Under the pieces are notes generated by a model. It was not told the DNA's origin and did no database searches. It worked only from the letters and a program-made list of their open reading frames with translations. A DNA stretch of 46,182 nucleotides from a virus (lineage: Duplodnaviria; Caudoviricetes), in IMG/VR virus record IMGVR_UViG_3300027419_000049, positions 1 through 46,182 of that record; one strand, given 5' to 3'. The position numbers and the translations under genes were made by a program. Positions 1-9,137 of this stretch are shown one piece after another. The first letter of the stretch is position 1. Every line of letters starts with the position of its first letter.

Positions 1-165
1 TCTCATCACCCTATCAAGCTTCAGCTCGTAGAAGGCTTTGACGTCGTCAATCTCTTCCTGGGCAAGTTCAGCGTATTGATCCTCAAGCATCTTCTTCGCT
101 ACGAGATAACCAATTCCTCCACCAAGAAGCAGAGTTAAAACGTGAGTGAAAATTACTTTTTTCAT
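1..165 (-). CDS. Partial membrane-anchored phage protein (runs off the window edge)
   Basis: Not in ORF track. Read manually: MKKVIFTHVLTLLLGGGIGYLVAKKMLEDQYAELAQEEIDDVKAF; ATGA overlap with upstream gene; AGGAG RBS. Confidence 0.8.
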   Translation of the reverse strand, partial: MKKVIFTHVLTLLLGGGIGYLVAKKMLEDQYAELAQEEIDDVKAFYELKLDRVMR

Positions 166-449
166 TTTTCTTCTCCTTTTAATTTAGTAACCGTGCCCTC
201 GATGATCACGAGGTACTTTTGTCTTTGGACGTCTTGCTCGGTACGGACCGTGAAGATATTAAGACCGAGACCCTTTGCAAAAGGTATAGGCATCAACTCT
301 CCAGATTTGAAGAATGCCATAACATAACCCTCCATGGTATTAGCGTCCAATATGTTGTCACCGTCATATGCGGGCCAGGATATAGACTTACCCGGCTCTA
401 TGTCCGAGATAATGCTGAGGAGTTTTTCGGCTTTCGTTTTTTTAGCCAT
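162..449 (-). CDS. Hypothetical protein, paralog of 1785-2069
   Basis: IEPGKSISWPAYDG resembles LEPGQSISITAYKG; start moved to MAKK on RBS evidence. Confidence 0.7.
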   Translation of the reverse strand: MAKKTKAEKLLSIISDIEPGKSISWPAYDGDNILDANTMEGYVMAFFKSGELMPIPFAKGLGLNIFTVRTEQDVQRQKYLVIIEGTVTKLKGEEK

Positions 450-669
450 CGGATGATTCCTCTTCAACGTCAAGAGTCGCATTTATCTTGTCAAATATCT
501 CCTTAGAGATAACGATGCCGTAGTCCATATCAGCGACATACAAAACACACATTTTGGCGCCGTCTGTATCTTCAGCCTCGAAGACGGAAATAAGGCCGGT
601 TTCCTCCTGGTTAATATCCATAGAGCCACGATACCGGTTGTGGTCAAAAATCATAACTGAATTAGTCAT
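442..669 (-). CDS. Hypothetical protein
   Basis: ORF in operon-like packing with AAGGA RBS. Confidence 0.7.
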   Translation of the reverse strand: MTNSVMIFDHNRYRGSMDINQEETGLISVFEAEDTDGAKMCVLYVADMDYGIVISKEIFDKINATLDVEEESSDG

Positions 670-681
670 AGTAGTTTCCTT

Positions 682-1089
682 TCATCTATATCGATTGTGT
701 ATGAGATTGTCATGAAAAACCTTCTCAAAATTGATCGTTTCTTGCTTAAGCGCACTCAGCGCAGAGTCAATGCCCTCTGCCGAATCACTCTCAATACTTC
801 TAAGTATCCCCGATACGCAGTTGAGCATATTGATTGCAACCTGATTATCGTTAGTTCTCGACGGGGTTATACATACATAACCAATTACTTCTTTAGGCAT
901 AGTTGTTTCCTTTCTCGATTCAAGTTCGTCCCATAACTCCCAAATAATATATTGTGCCAAGTCCATGATATCGCTAGTATTACGGGAAGTTCCGTTTGTT
1001 GGATCTTTTGCGTATTTATGGCGATGTAGACCCGATAATGCGTTTAAAGAGTTACATACGCCACCAACTCTTACTTTATCAACGGCCAT
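682..1089 (-). CDS. Hypothetical protein
   Basis: AGGAGG precedes MAVDKV. Confidence 0.7.
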   Translation of the reverse strand: MAVDKVRVGGVCNSLNALSGLHRHKYAKDPTNGTSRNTSDIMDLAQYIIWELWDELESRKETTMPKEVIGYVCITPSRTNDNQVAINMLNCVSGILRSIESDSAEGIDSALSALKQETINFEKVFHDNLIHNRYR

Positions 1090-1099
1090 ATAAGCCCTC

Positions 1100-1360
1100 C
1101 TAATCAATATCGTCGTCCTTATCCTGATAATACATCTCGACAAGGACTTCTTTCATTATACAATGCTGAACACACATATACTCTTTGTTCCGTTTGAAGA
1201 GAAACAAATCGTTCGGTGTTATTATCTCAAATATGGACCAGATGATAAAACCATCTTCATCCATAAAGACATTCCACTCGGGAACATAGAATAGACCTAT
1301 TGAGTCTCTGAATGTATTATCCATATAATCAGGTGACACGGACCGTGTGGCCCTAATCAT
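1100..1360 (-). CDS. Hypothetical protein, paralog of 3641-3958
   Basis: Shared motif N(V/I)F.D(E/D)DG..I...F(E/D)IITP.DLFLF. Confidence 0.75.
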   Translation of the reverse strand: MIRATRSVSPDYMDNTFRDSIGLFYVPEWNVFMDEDGFIIWSIFEIITPNDLFLFKRNKEYMCVQHCIMKEVLVEMYYQDKDDDID

Positions 1361-1763
1361 CTAGATATGATGCCTCACACCCAGAGGCTGCCATCCTATT
1401 ACGGTGTGGATTAGGAATTGGTCCTGTAGCCGGCTCGACGTAAACACCCTGAGACTGCACATGTTTATACGCTCTGTCAGCCTCAGTTTTTTGTCTGAGC
1501 CAACCAATCACGTTCTTAGCAGCACCAGGACCATTATCGCGGTCGTACAACCACTCTTCAAACTCAATGTCCGAAGCTAGGTTAATTTTCATAACCTTGC
1601 CATAGAGGTAGTCGAAGTCTGTTGTCTGTGTAAGGATGGTAGCAGCCTCCTCAGTTGTCATGGGGCGTCCAGTCGCACTCATAAAACCCAGACCCTGGAC
1701 CTTAGATGCATTATATAAATCGCGCAGAACCTCTGCTTTGTTTAATCCTTCAATGTTAATCAT
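1353..1763 (-). CDS. Conserved hypothetical phage protein
   Basis: GLNKAEVL..LYNAS, FDYLYGKVMK and LYDRDNGPGAA motifs; strong RBS. Confidence 0.8.
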   Translation of the reverse strand: MINIEGLNKAEVLRDLYNASKVQGLGFMSATGRPMTTEEAATILTQTTDFDYLYGKVMKINLASDIEFEEWLYDRDNGPGAAKNVIGWLRQKTEADRAYKHVQSQGVYVEPATGPIPNPHRNRMAASGCEASYLDD

Positions 1764-1784
1764 GGTGATTTCTCCTTTTCAAAA

Positions 1785-2069
1785 TTAGACTAATTTACCG
1801 CTCAACATCACGGCATATGTGACTTCGTAGTTTAGTTTAGCCTCTCCGTCTTCTATATATCCATAGGTAACCGGAGAGCTCGACATAACCGGAACTTTTA
1901 ACATCTGTATGTTTTCGATTGCCAGTTCGACGTCACAACCTTCAATCGGCATGGGTAAACCGGAATTGCGATACCGATTAGCCACCCCTTGAAAAATGTG
2001 AGCGTCTTTTTGCGACCCCTTATAAGCGGTTATACTTATACTTTGGCCAGGTTCCAATTTAATGAACAT
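1785..2069 (-). CDS. Hypothetical protein
   Basis: Strong RBS leader; paralog of 162-449. Confidence 0.75.
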   Translation of the reverse strand: MFIKLEPGQSISITAYKGSQKDAHIFQGVANRYRNSGLPMPIEGCDVELAIENIQMLKVPVMSSSPVTYGYIEDGEAKLNYEVTYAVMLSGKLV

Positions 2070-2090
2070 GGTGATTTCTCCTTTTCAATT

Positions 2091-2270
2091 TTAATAAAAA
2101 TCGTCATCCATATATAGGACTTTTCCTAGTCCTGTTCTGGTGAATAGAAATGAATGAACTGCTGCTTGCATTCGCCGTTCCATCTCACGTTTAGTCAACT
2201 TCTCTTTTTTTGGCGGAAGTTTACCGTCCTTAGCAAGTTGACAATTGGGGTTTGACTTATGTTGACCCAT
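2091..2270 (-). CDS. Small basic protein (59 aa, MGQHKSNP...)
   Basis: Not in ORF track; fills the gap exactly; AAGGAG RBS. Confidence 0.7.
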   Translation of the reverse strand: MGQHKSNPNCQLAKDGKLPPKKEKLTKREMERRMQAAVHSFLFTRTGLGKVLYMDDDFY

Positions 2271-2271
2271 A

Positions 2272-3066
2272 TTAGTTCTCCTTGGTGAAGATTATACCGA
2301 CATCAGCCATACTTGCACTTGGGCTGTAAGTCCGTCTAACATGTATAGGACAATTGAATCTTACGTCCTCGCCACATTTGGGTTGAAATTTACACGTCTT
2401 TCTATCGCAGTTGTTGCAATTTGGAAGACTTGATACATGATTGGCGAAGGTCTCAAACGTTTTTAGACGTTCTACTTCCTCTTCCGAAGCGTTGTAAAAT
2501 TTCTTTAAGCGTTCGCAGTCCTTATTTATCAAGTTAAACCGGGTCTCGGTAGTTTCAAAGAGTTTCTTCCAGCGTTTAGAGCATTCGTTTACGGAATATA
2601 GGTCTGACGAACGTTCAATCAGCTCTTTATCAAGTCGGTTCATAAGATCATACAGATCGTTTTTACCGATAAATTCCGGACGATGCTCGTATAACATTCG
2701 AGTGTTTTCCACTCTTTTTCGAAGGTCAAGGGTTTCCATTAGTATGGCCGTCGCTGACGGTCTTATCTCTTCCATTTTCATACCGTTATCGCTAACATGC
2801 AGAATCCCAATTGGGCTTCGACTTATAGCGTTCCACGGATCGTTGACAATCGGAGGAAAGCCATATTCTGCGCGAATTTGATTTGGGGTCTTTCTAGTTG
2901 GCGGCGGCGTAAACTTAGCCTGCAATTCCGATGCGTATTCTGGCGTTGCCATGTCTTTTGGATTTGCTTTCTTTTTTGCTAGGTGGTCGATGACTCTTCC
3001 GAGAAGGACTGCTATACCTAACAAGGAGATAGCAATCATAATTAATAACCAAATAATAGTTTCCAT
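2272..3066 (-). CDS. Membrane-anchored coiled-coil protein with C-terminal Cys cluster
   Basis: N-terminal TM; CNNC...C...C...CP at C-terminus. Confidence 0.75.
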   Translation of the reverse strand: METIIWLLIMIAISLLGIAVLLGRVIDHLAKKKANPKDMATPEYASELQAKFTPPPTRKTPNQIRAEYGFPPIVNDPWNAISRSPIGILHVSDNGMKMEEIRPSATAILMETLDLRKRVENTRMLYEHRPEFIGKNDLYDLMNRLDKELIERSSDLYSVNECSKRWKKLFETTETRFNLINKDCERLKKFYNASEEEVERLKTFETFANHVSSLPNCNNCDRKTCKFQPKCGEDVRFNCPIHVRRTYSPSASMADVGIIFTKEN

Positions 3067-3086
3067 GGTGATTTGTTCCTTTCAAA

Positions 3087-3320
3087 TTAGTGAAATTCTC
3101 CTTCGTAAACCGTATAAGGTTCTTCAACTCCATGCCCGCAACAAGCAGAAACAACTCCCGGTAGAGTTCCTAGACACGCATCATGCCCTTCTTTTGTAGG
3201 TATTTTACCACAACGAGCACACGGTCTTTCTTCTTGCTCAATTGGAATTCCGTTATCAGCATATACCCATCGGCCATTAAGATAGACGATAGGGTATCCA
3301 CGACTATATCCAGTTATCAT
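3087..3320 (-). CDS. Cys-rich putative metal-binding protein
   Basis: CARC...GHDACLGTLPGVVSACCGHG. Confidence 0.75.
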   Translation of the reverse strand: MITGYSRGYPIVYLNGRWVYADNGIPIEQEERPCARCGKIPTKEGHDACLGTLPGVVSACCGHGVEEPYTVYEGEFH

Positions 3321-3428
3321 TTAGTGTGTCCTCATATAGCGGATGGCTACCCAGATTATCCATAGGCCACCAGTTATAATGGTCATAACAAAATCAAACA
3401 GGATGCTCGGTCTTCTCTGTCTCTTCAT
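3321..3428 (-). CDS. Small membrane protein (35 aa)
   Basis: Not in ORF track: MKRQRRPSILFDFVMTIITGGLWIIWVAIRYMRTH; AAGGAG RBS; stop abuts the next ATG. Confidence 0.75.
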   Translation of the reverse strand: MKRQRRPSILFDFVMTIITGGLWIIWVAIRYMRTH

Positions 3429-3654
3429 AAGGCTGCTCCTTTCCAAAATTGTGAATTTTTTCTAACATTTTTACAATAAGCGCTTCTTCGGTTTGAAACA
3501 TATAGTTAACAAAATTGTATTGCCCATATGTCGACCCCGTAGGAGAATATCGTTTCAACCGCATCTCGACTTGTCCACCAAAGAGGTCTTGTTTGATTTC
3601 CAGTTCCAAGTCTTCTTTTTTTGCTTCGTTAAAGAGCACATCAAACGTGTTCAT
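3394..3654 (-). CDS. Hypothetical protein
   Basis: ORF with GAAAGGA RBS. Confidence 0.65.
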   Translation of the reverse strand: MNTFDVLFNEAKKEDLELEIKQDLFGGQVEMRLKRYSPTGSTYGQYNFVNYMFQTEEALIVKMLEKIHNFGKEQPYEETEKTEHPV

Positions 3655-3958
3655 ATTTGTGATTTGTCCTTTCAAAAAATGCTAAATCTTTATACATTGT
3701 TAACATACGACCAATACGTTCTTCGTCGTCGCCCAAATCTGGAGAACCACAATCTTCTCCAGGCTCTATAATAATCTCACACAAGACGTCAGGGTCCCCA
3801 ACCACCGGAAAGCAATTGAATCCTGGGTCGAATCGGAAGAGGAATAAGTCTTGAGGAGTTATTATATCAAAAAGGTCATAAATGACGTGGCCATCGTCAT
3901 CCGTGAATATATTCTCTCGATCGTGGTAATATATATGGAGTACCATCTTTCCTTGCAT
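3641..3958 (-). CDS. Hypothetical protein, paralog of 1100-1360
   Basis: IITPQDLFLF motif; AGGAGGAG RBS. Confidence 0.75.
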   Translation of the reverse strand: MQGKMVLHIYYHDRENIFTDDDGHVIYDLFDIITPQDLFLFRFDPGFNCFPVVGDPDVLCEIIIEPGEDCGSPDLGDDEERIGRMLTMYKDLAFFERTNHKYEHV

Positions 3959-3975
3959 AACAACTCCTCCTTTCT

Positions 3976-4161
3976 TTAATCGCTGTCAAAAGGGACCAGC
4001 ATGAACTCTTGAACTTCTTGCAGGCCCATTGAGTTTGGATAACTACAAAATCGCTTTGCCGAACCCATGCTGGCAATTAAAACCTTTTCTTCTTCAGAGA
4101 GGATAAGCAATATGGGCTCGGCGTCGCTGTCTATGATCCGGTCTCCAATTTTTACTTTCAT
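3976..4161 (-). CDS. Small hypothetical protein (MKVKIGD...)
   Basis: Start placed just after the stop of the upstream gene. Confidence 0.65.
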   Translation of the reverse strand: MKVKIGDRIIDSDAEPILLILSEEEKVLIASMGSAKRFCSYPNSMGLQEVQEFMLVPFDSD

Positions 4162-4162
4162 C

Positions 4163-5107
4163 TTAACCGATAAGGTTCCAGATGATGCCGTCAACGTTGA
4201 AGTCGAGCAGGATGGAGCGTTCGTTACCATTGACGAAGTCTCTTTTTTTAGCGTTCCCGAGATTGTCAAATATACCGAAGTCAATACGACTGTCTCCGTG
4301 ACCAAGAACCCAACCAACCGCGGCACCGGCTTTCGTACGCTGAAGGCCGAGAGCATCGTAGATCTCGTTCAGGAAGACATGACCGCGAGCCTGGAGGATA
4401 TTGTTGAAGTATCTTTCCTGGGCATGAAGGAACATAAAGTTGTACTGGGGATCGGTAGTCCACTGCTGGCAGCTCTCATCAAAGAACTTGGCATACATGC
4501 TGGGCTCATTTAGACCGTCTTTAACGAGAACCGTCTTTTTTTCTGCTTTATGCTTAGTTCCGTCTTCGTCCGTATAAGCCGCTTCGGTGACCTGCTCAGC
4601 TCTCAGACCATTCTTATACATATAGTCCTTTTCCTCGCCGTAATCCTCAACGACACGCTTGCGATAAGCAGCGAAGCCTTCCTCGACAGCCTTATAGGCA
4701 GCGACAAGAGCAACATTACGCTTTTTCATAATGCCGTGACTGCAAACGATGCAGGTAATAGAAGCAAGACCGAGAGTTACTGCCGGGCCATAAAGCTTAA
4801 CGAAGTTGACTGCTGTCTGGACATATACGACTGTGAGGTCTTTCTGATGGTCTTTTTCGGAATACTCGTCGAGGGAAATATCCTCGTTCTCAACCTTAGA
4901 CCAGCATTCGGAAAGCTTATCAGTCTTTGCTGCATGCTCGTCAAGGACCTCATCAACCTTAAGGGTTGCTTTGCAGGCCATGACGGTACTTCCGACTATG
5001 CCGGCCACGCCGACTACCAGAAGGATTTCGGGGCTGTACTTCTTGAGTACGAGAGTGGAACGTCCGGCTACTTTAACCAGACCTTTGCTAACATTAGCGA
5101 AATTCAT
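4163..5107 (-). CDS. DUF6353-like membrane protein
   Basis: KKYSPEILLVVG, RNVALVAAY, GHVFLNEIYDALG, LLDFNVDG motifs (family name from recall). Confidence 0.75.
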   Translation of the reverse strand: MNFANVSKGLVKVAGRSTLVLKKYSPEILLVVGVAGIVGSTVMACKATLKVDEVLDEHAAKTDKLSECWSKVENEDISLDEYSEKDHQKDLTVVYVQTAVNFVKLYGPAVTLGLASITCIVCSHGIMKKRNVALVAAYKAVEEGFAAYRKRVVEDYGEEKDYMYKNGLRAEQVTEAAYTDEDGTKHKAEKKTVLVKDGLNEPSMYAKFFDESCQQWTTDPQYNFMFLHAQERYFNNILQARGHVFLNEIYDALGLQRTKAGAAVGWVLGHGDSRIDFGIFDNLGNAKKRDFVNGNERSILLDFNVDGIIWNLIG

Positions 5108-5132
5108 AATTTTATCTTCCTTTCAAGATTGT

Positions 5133-5714
5133 TTAGTTGTTTGTTGGAATATGGAACTCTTTTTTGAGAAACGACGAAGAACCAGGATCGTTACGTACAC
5201 AAGGTCCTTGCATAAGGTTTTCATACATTTTTATAGCCTCGACGCCAACAAACGTATTTAGAATTGTTAAAGAGTCTTGATTTTTTCTTGCTACTGTTAA
5301 GCAGGCTAAATCTTGACCCTCTGAAATATCATAACCTATAACAAGTACGTCCGGTTTTTTACATAAATGCTCATAGAGTTCCTGTTGAACCATCATAGTT
5401 CGTATTTGCTCGTCGATCGGAGAGATCTTAGGCTCAATAAGAATGCCTGAACGCTCCTGAAACGGTGTAAAGAGAGGCGGATACATCTGGAAAAGAGATT
5501 CGTCAGTTTTCATTGGAAATTCATACTTTAATGACGGATGCTTCTCCAAAAATCCACCACCGTCAAGCGGTTTGCATTCCAAATCACTCGGGATGGTTCT
5601 ATCAAAACTGGAACTACCCGGTTCAGGATATGATTCTGTCTTACAGTCGCATCTCTCGCCCGGGTCAAGATTGCAACCACAGTCGGGGCAGACTCTGTAA
5701 TAATGTTTACTCAT
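5133..5714 (-). CDS. Zn-ribbon-containing fusion protein
   Basis: N-terminal CPDCGCNLDPGERCDC; C-terminal domain resembles 7754-7939. Confidence 0.7.
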   Translation of the reverse strand: MSKHYYRVCPDCGCNLDPGERCDCKTESYPEPGSSSFDRTIPSDLECKPLDGGGFLEKHPSLKYEFPMKTDESLFQMYPPLFTPFQERSGILIEPKISPIDEQIRTMMVQQELYEHLCKKPDVLVIGYDISEGQDLACLTVARKNQDSLTILNTFVGVEAIKMYENLMQGPCVRNDPGSSSFLKKEFHIPTNN

Positions 5715-5901
5715 AGGACTCGGCCTCCGTCCGTATGACTGACCAGTTCTTAGCCTTGGTCAAGTAGCATACGTGGTCGTCGGAAATACGAACATCCAAG
5801 TGTTGCTCGCCGTTGTACATATACTTTGCAATAACCGTACCGGCGTTGTCGTTGTTCTTACACTTGACCTCGTCCTGATATTCGGGCTCTCTATCAATCA
5901 T
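5707..5901 (-). CDS. Small SH3-like hypothetical protein
   Basis: Beta-rich 64 aa; overlaps both neighbours. Confidence 0.6.
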   Translation of the reverse strand: MIDREPEYQDEVKCKNNDNAGTVIAKYMYNGEQHLDVRISDDHVCYLTKAKNWSVIRTEAESYE

Positions 5902-6371
5902 ACTGATCCCTCCACAACTTTTACTCGTGACTTGAGTAATTCGACGGTGTTCATATAGGCTTTCTGGAGAAGCTCATCAGGCAACGCTATATCATAAATC
6001 TCTCCAGAGCGAGCCAATCCGGCCATAACACAGTCGGTTATCTGCTCGAGAACATCGATAAGGGTTATGTCATCCGGAGCCTTGGATGAGAGGTGATGCC
6101 GCTCTCTGGATATGTGCATCTTATACCATTTGGTATCTTTGACCTCTTCTCCAGATGTAAGAGCCTCATAGAATTCCTCCATGTAGGCTTTCTTGGTGAA
6201 GTCGTGGTTATCTCCAGCCAAGTTTAGAAAGTTAGCAAAGAGTGCTAATCCCTGCTGAACGTCAAAAATATGTCTTTCGGTTGATCGCTGGAGCTCATCG
6301 AGCGTTAAGTTGTCTTTAGACGAGCGACTGTCAGCGTTCGGACTTTTTGTTATTATGATGTTGTCAAACAT
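5898..6371 (-). CDS. His/Asp-rich putative metal-dependent hydrolase (DUF5662/HD-like)
   Basis: H..DV, HDFTK, H...ERHH, LIDVLEQITDC motifs; start moved on RBS evidence. Confidence 0.6.
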   Translation of the reverse strand: MFDNIIITKSPNADSRSSKDNLTLDELQRSTERHIFDVQQGLALFANFLNLAGDNHDFTKKAYMEEFYEALTSGEEVKDTKWYKMHISRERHHLSSKAPDDITLIDVLEQITDCVMAGLARSGEIYDIALPDELLQKAYMNTVELLKSRVKVVEGSV

Positions 6372-6384
6372 GTGCATACACTCC

Positions 6385-6621
6385 TTAATAAATATGTCGT
6401 TGATACGGAAGGTTTCTTTTGGGTTTGTAATTGCTTCTATAAGGCTTATATGAGTATCCATACTCGCCCTTTTTCTCATAACGACTCATCCCATATTTCT
6501 TAGGAGAAGTTCCGTCGTTCAGAAAGAAGTCTTTACAACTGTCAAATATGGCTTGTAGGCGATTGGCCAGAGTCTCGATGGCTATGCTAAAGTCGATAAA
6601 AGAGATTACAGCGATATCCAT
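6385..6621 (-). CDS. Hypothetical protein
   Basis: AAGGAGG RBS; C-terminal RNLPYQR. Confidence 0.65.
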   Translation of the reverse strand: MDIAVISFIDFSIAIETLANRLQAIFDSCKDFFLNDGTSPKKYGMSRYEKKGEYGYSYKPYRSNYKPKRNLPYQRHIY

Positions 6622-6634
6622 AGAAACTGCCTCC

Positions 6635-7336
6635 TTAATCCAAAGGCTTTGGTCTCGGCAAGTCGATGATATACCCACCACCACGGGCTCTCACCACCTT
6701 AACTCCATGGAGGTCATCCCAACCCCATTTCTGGTCGGTAAAGCTTCCCGTTACGCCAACCAAATCATAGAAATCGGCAACGGTAGCAACGTCATAGTCA
6801 ACGACAAAATCCACGAGCTTGCTTAGCACTTCTTCGGCTTCTCCTCGATTGTCAATGACAAGTTCGTCAAAGTCGTGTCGAGCGCGTCCCTGTCGAGATA
6901 TATCTCTTCCACGGTCACGGTCTCTCGGGTCCCTTCCACGGTCACGGTCTTTATTGGAGGAACCGCTGTAATATGAGCCATAACTCGTATAACCACGTCC
7001 ACCACTACCACGACTGGATCTTCCACGTCCACTACGTCGCTCGCCGAAGAGAAGCATGTCGACTCCGCCACCTACCATATCACTTAGCATGTCTTTTGCT
7101 GCCGGAATAAGGACATCATAGATAATATAGCTACCAACGCTCTTTGTATCATCTTCACAGAGCGTCTCGGCAACTTTCTTACCAAAGCCACGCTTCTGCT
7201 TTTTTACCTTGCCGGTAACTACCCTTTCAACTTTTCGGTCTTCGGGCGTTTTTTCAGAACTAACCTGTGGCTTTTGTATCCGACTATTTGACGGAAAGTT
7301 GTCGGCCAAGGTTTCCTTCTTATCGTTATCTTCCAT
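6635..7336 (-). CDS. Conserved phage protein with RG/RD-rich linker
   Basis: DVLIPAAKD and VADFYDLVG...WGW motifs. Confidence 0.8.
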   Translation of the reverse strand: MEDNDKKETLADNFPSNSRIQKPQVSSEKTPEDRKVERVVTGKVKKQKRGFGKKVAETLCEDDTKSVGSYIIYDVLIPAAKDMLSDMVGGGVDMLLFGERRSGRGRSSRGSGGRGYTSYGSYYSGSSNKDRDRGRDPRDRDRGRDISRQGRARHDFDELVIDNRGEAEEVLSKLVDFVVDYDVATVADFYDLVGVTGSFTDQKWGWDDLHGVKVVRARGGGYIIDLPRPKPLD

Positions 7337-7753
7337 TTATTTGTTCACCTTTCTTGATAGACGTTGTACTTCGGGAAGGTCTAATGTATAAGCCCTGTCT
7401 AAAGTCATAACAACTTTAACATTTTCTAAATCGTTCCATCCATATTGATTGTCGGTAAATTTATTTGTGATTCCACATAAATCATACAAATCAGCTACGG
7501 ATACGATTCCATAAGAGTTATATAGGTTTATAAGGGCTGTCAAAACCTCTACTGCTTCTTCTTCAGTAGAAAGTAGGGGTTCGTCATAATGATAATAACC
7601 GCATCTCTTTTTTGAATCCCTATCAAGCTCCTCGTCCACCTTATCTACCATTTTATCAATCCCTCTTTTCCAGATAAAACTTGATAATCTAAAGCCGGCG
7701 AGAAAAGATACGGCGACGAGAGAACCAACGATAGCTACATTCTTGATTTTCAT
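7337..7753 (-). CDS. Membrane-anchored paralog of the C-terminal domain of 6635-7336
   Basis: VSVADLYDLCGITNKFTDNQYGW; N-terminal TM. Confidence 0.75.
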   Translation of the reverse strand: MKIKNVAIVGSLVAVSFLAGFRLSSFIWKRGIDKMVDKVDEELDRDSKKRCGYYHYDEPLLSTEEEAVEVLTALINLYNSYGIVSVADLYDLCGITNKFTDNQYGWNDLENVKVVMTLDRAYTLDLPEVQRLSRKVNK

Positions 7754-7939
7754 TTATTTGTCCTCCCCAGAACTCATTATCATATCATAAAGGGCTTCCG
7801 CTTCTTTTCCGCGGATTACTCGAATGGCTTTAAAGCCCCCATCGGGTAGAGGCTCGAGAATGGTTATGGCGCTATTGTGCTTTTTTCTATCGATAACAAA
7901 AGATACACAATAGGCAACGTTTATCAAATCCATGTCCAC
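7754..7939 (-). CDS. Hypothetical protein
   Basis: GKEAEALYD motif; tight packing. Confidence 0.65.
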   Translation of the reverse strand: MDMDLINVAYCVSFVIDRKKHNSAITILEPLPDGGFKAIRVIRGKEAEALYDMIMSSGEDK

Positions 7940-7942
7940 ATC

Positions 7943-8218
7943 TTAGCCCTCCTCTTCTGTCTCGTCCGTATCAGTCTTGACGAAGCCCTCAGCAAATATG
8001 ACAGCCTCATCAATCTGTTCTTCGGTATACTTTGCAGCCATATCTCCGACCGCCCCGGTTACGAGAAGGCTTCCAACCTTTATGCAGAGTTTAACGATTT
8101 TGCTCGTGTCCGCAGGGGTAGTGCTTTTGATAAGATTGCCAACGATGGCCCCAACGCCAACATAAATTACAAAACCCGCTCCGGTCTTAACCGTTTCAAT
8201 AATTTGCTCTTTTTTCAT
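7943..8218 (-). CDS. Membrane protein
   Basis: Two hydrophobic segments; conserved RBS leader. Confidence 0.7.
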   Translation of the reverse strand: MKKEQIIETVKTGAGFVIYVGVGAIVGNLIKSTTPADTSKIVKLCIKVGSLLVTGAVGDMAAKYTEEQIDEAVIFAEGFVKTDTDETEEEG

Positions 8219-8245
8219 AGTGATGTGCTCCTTTCAAATTTTGGT

Positions 8246-8833
8246 TTAATATTTTTCCCTGGTGACGTTCGTGAGATTAGGTCCGGCGCTGAAATATAAA
8301 TGATTCTCGGGTATAGACTGAGCTCCGATATCCCAGTTGTCATAGGCGTCACACCATTCTTTAATGGTGTCAACTGCTAACTGGTCTGGAACCTTTTTTA
8401 CACTGCGACAAACATTGCTAAATTGTCCTTTTTGCATAACGACCTCGGTAACCGTGTTTGGAAATGAACCGCTGCGCACCCGATTCATAACTACGCATAG
8501 AACTTTACTCATCTCACAATAATTTGTCACTTTGCCTTTCCAGACAAAGTCATATTCGCCATCGCCACTAACCTTAGCACTACCACATAAGAGTTGTGCA
8601 AGTAAATATACTTCGTCGTCCGTAAACCCATAACGAGGTTCTATTACTTCAACTGGTTCGCTGGTAGCAACACACGTATTAGCGATAAGCACACTTTCCG
8701 ATTTGGACTCGGTTGGTGTATATGTAGCAATGGCTGGGGGTTCAGGTGTTATTTTATCAGCCGCAGAATAACAATAACTCACAGCAGCAAATATGTAAAG
8801 GACTACACCTAAAACAAGAAACACTTTTTTCAT
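8246..8833 (-). CDS. Secreted SleB/CwlJ-like cell wall hydrolase (Hydrolase_2-like)
   Basis: Signal peptide; VVMNRVRSGSFPNTVTEVVMQKGQFS and LYF motifs. Confidence 0.75.
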   Translation of the reverse strand: MKKVFLVLGVVLYIFAAVSYCYSAADKITPEPPAIATYTPTESKSESVLIANTCVATSEPVEVIEPRYGFTDDEVYLLAQLLCGSAKVSGDGEYDFVWKGKVTNYCEMSKVLCVVMNRVRSGSFPNTVTEVVMQKGQFSNVCRSVKKVPDQLAVDTIKEWCDAYDNWDIGAQSIPENHLYFSAGPNLTNVTREKY

Positions 8834-8860
8834 CGATTTTCTCCTCAATTTTTGTTAGGG

Positions 8861-8900
8861 AAAAGAGAGGGTACTAAGTTTCCTTAATACCCGCTCTTCT
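8861..8900 (-). terminator. Intrinsic terminator
   Basis: GGGTATTAAG-GAAA-CTTAGTACCC followed by TCTCTTTT. Confidence 0.75.
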
Positions 8901-8910
8901 AAGTACCCAA

Positions 8911-9105
8911 TTATTCTTCAGAATTATCGCCTGACTCATTGATCTCGGTTCCATCAGACTCGCAATCGTACTCATCCTCGTCGGTGTTCTTGCCCTTGAA
9001 TGCTAAGCCGGCTACTGCTAGTCCTGCTACTGCACCAAGTGCAATCAAACCTCTTTTGATGATTGTCTTCTTGTTTGTCTTGATTACCTCAATAATGTTT
9101 TTCAT
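8911..9105 (-). CDS. Small membrane protein with acidic tail
   Basis: One TM; has its own promoter motif and terminator. Confidence 0.75.
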   Translation of the reverse strand: MKNIIEVIKTNKKTIIKRGLIALGAVAGLAVAGLAFKGKNTDEDEYDCESDGTEINESGDNSEE

Positions 9106-9137
9106 AGTGAATTTCTCCTTTATTTTTATTTATGGGT

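Noticed and set aside
628-700. HNRYR peptide at the end of one gene and near the start of the next
   Set aside because: Only five residues with different codons; probably chance
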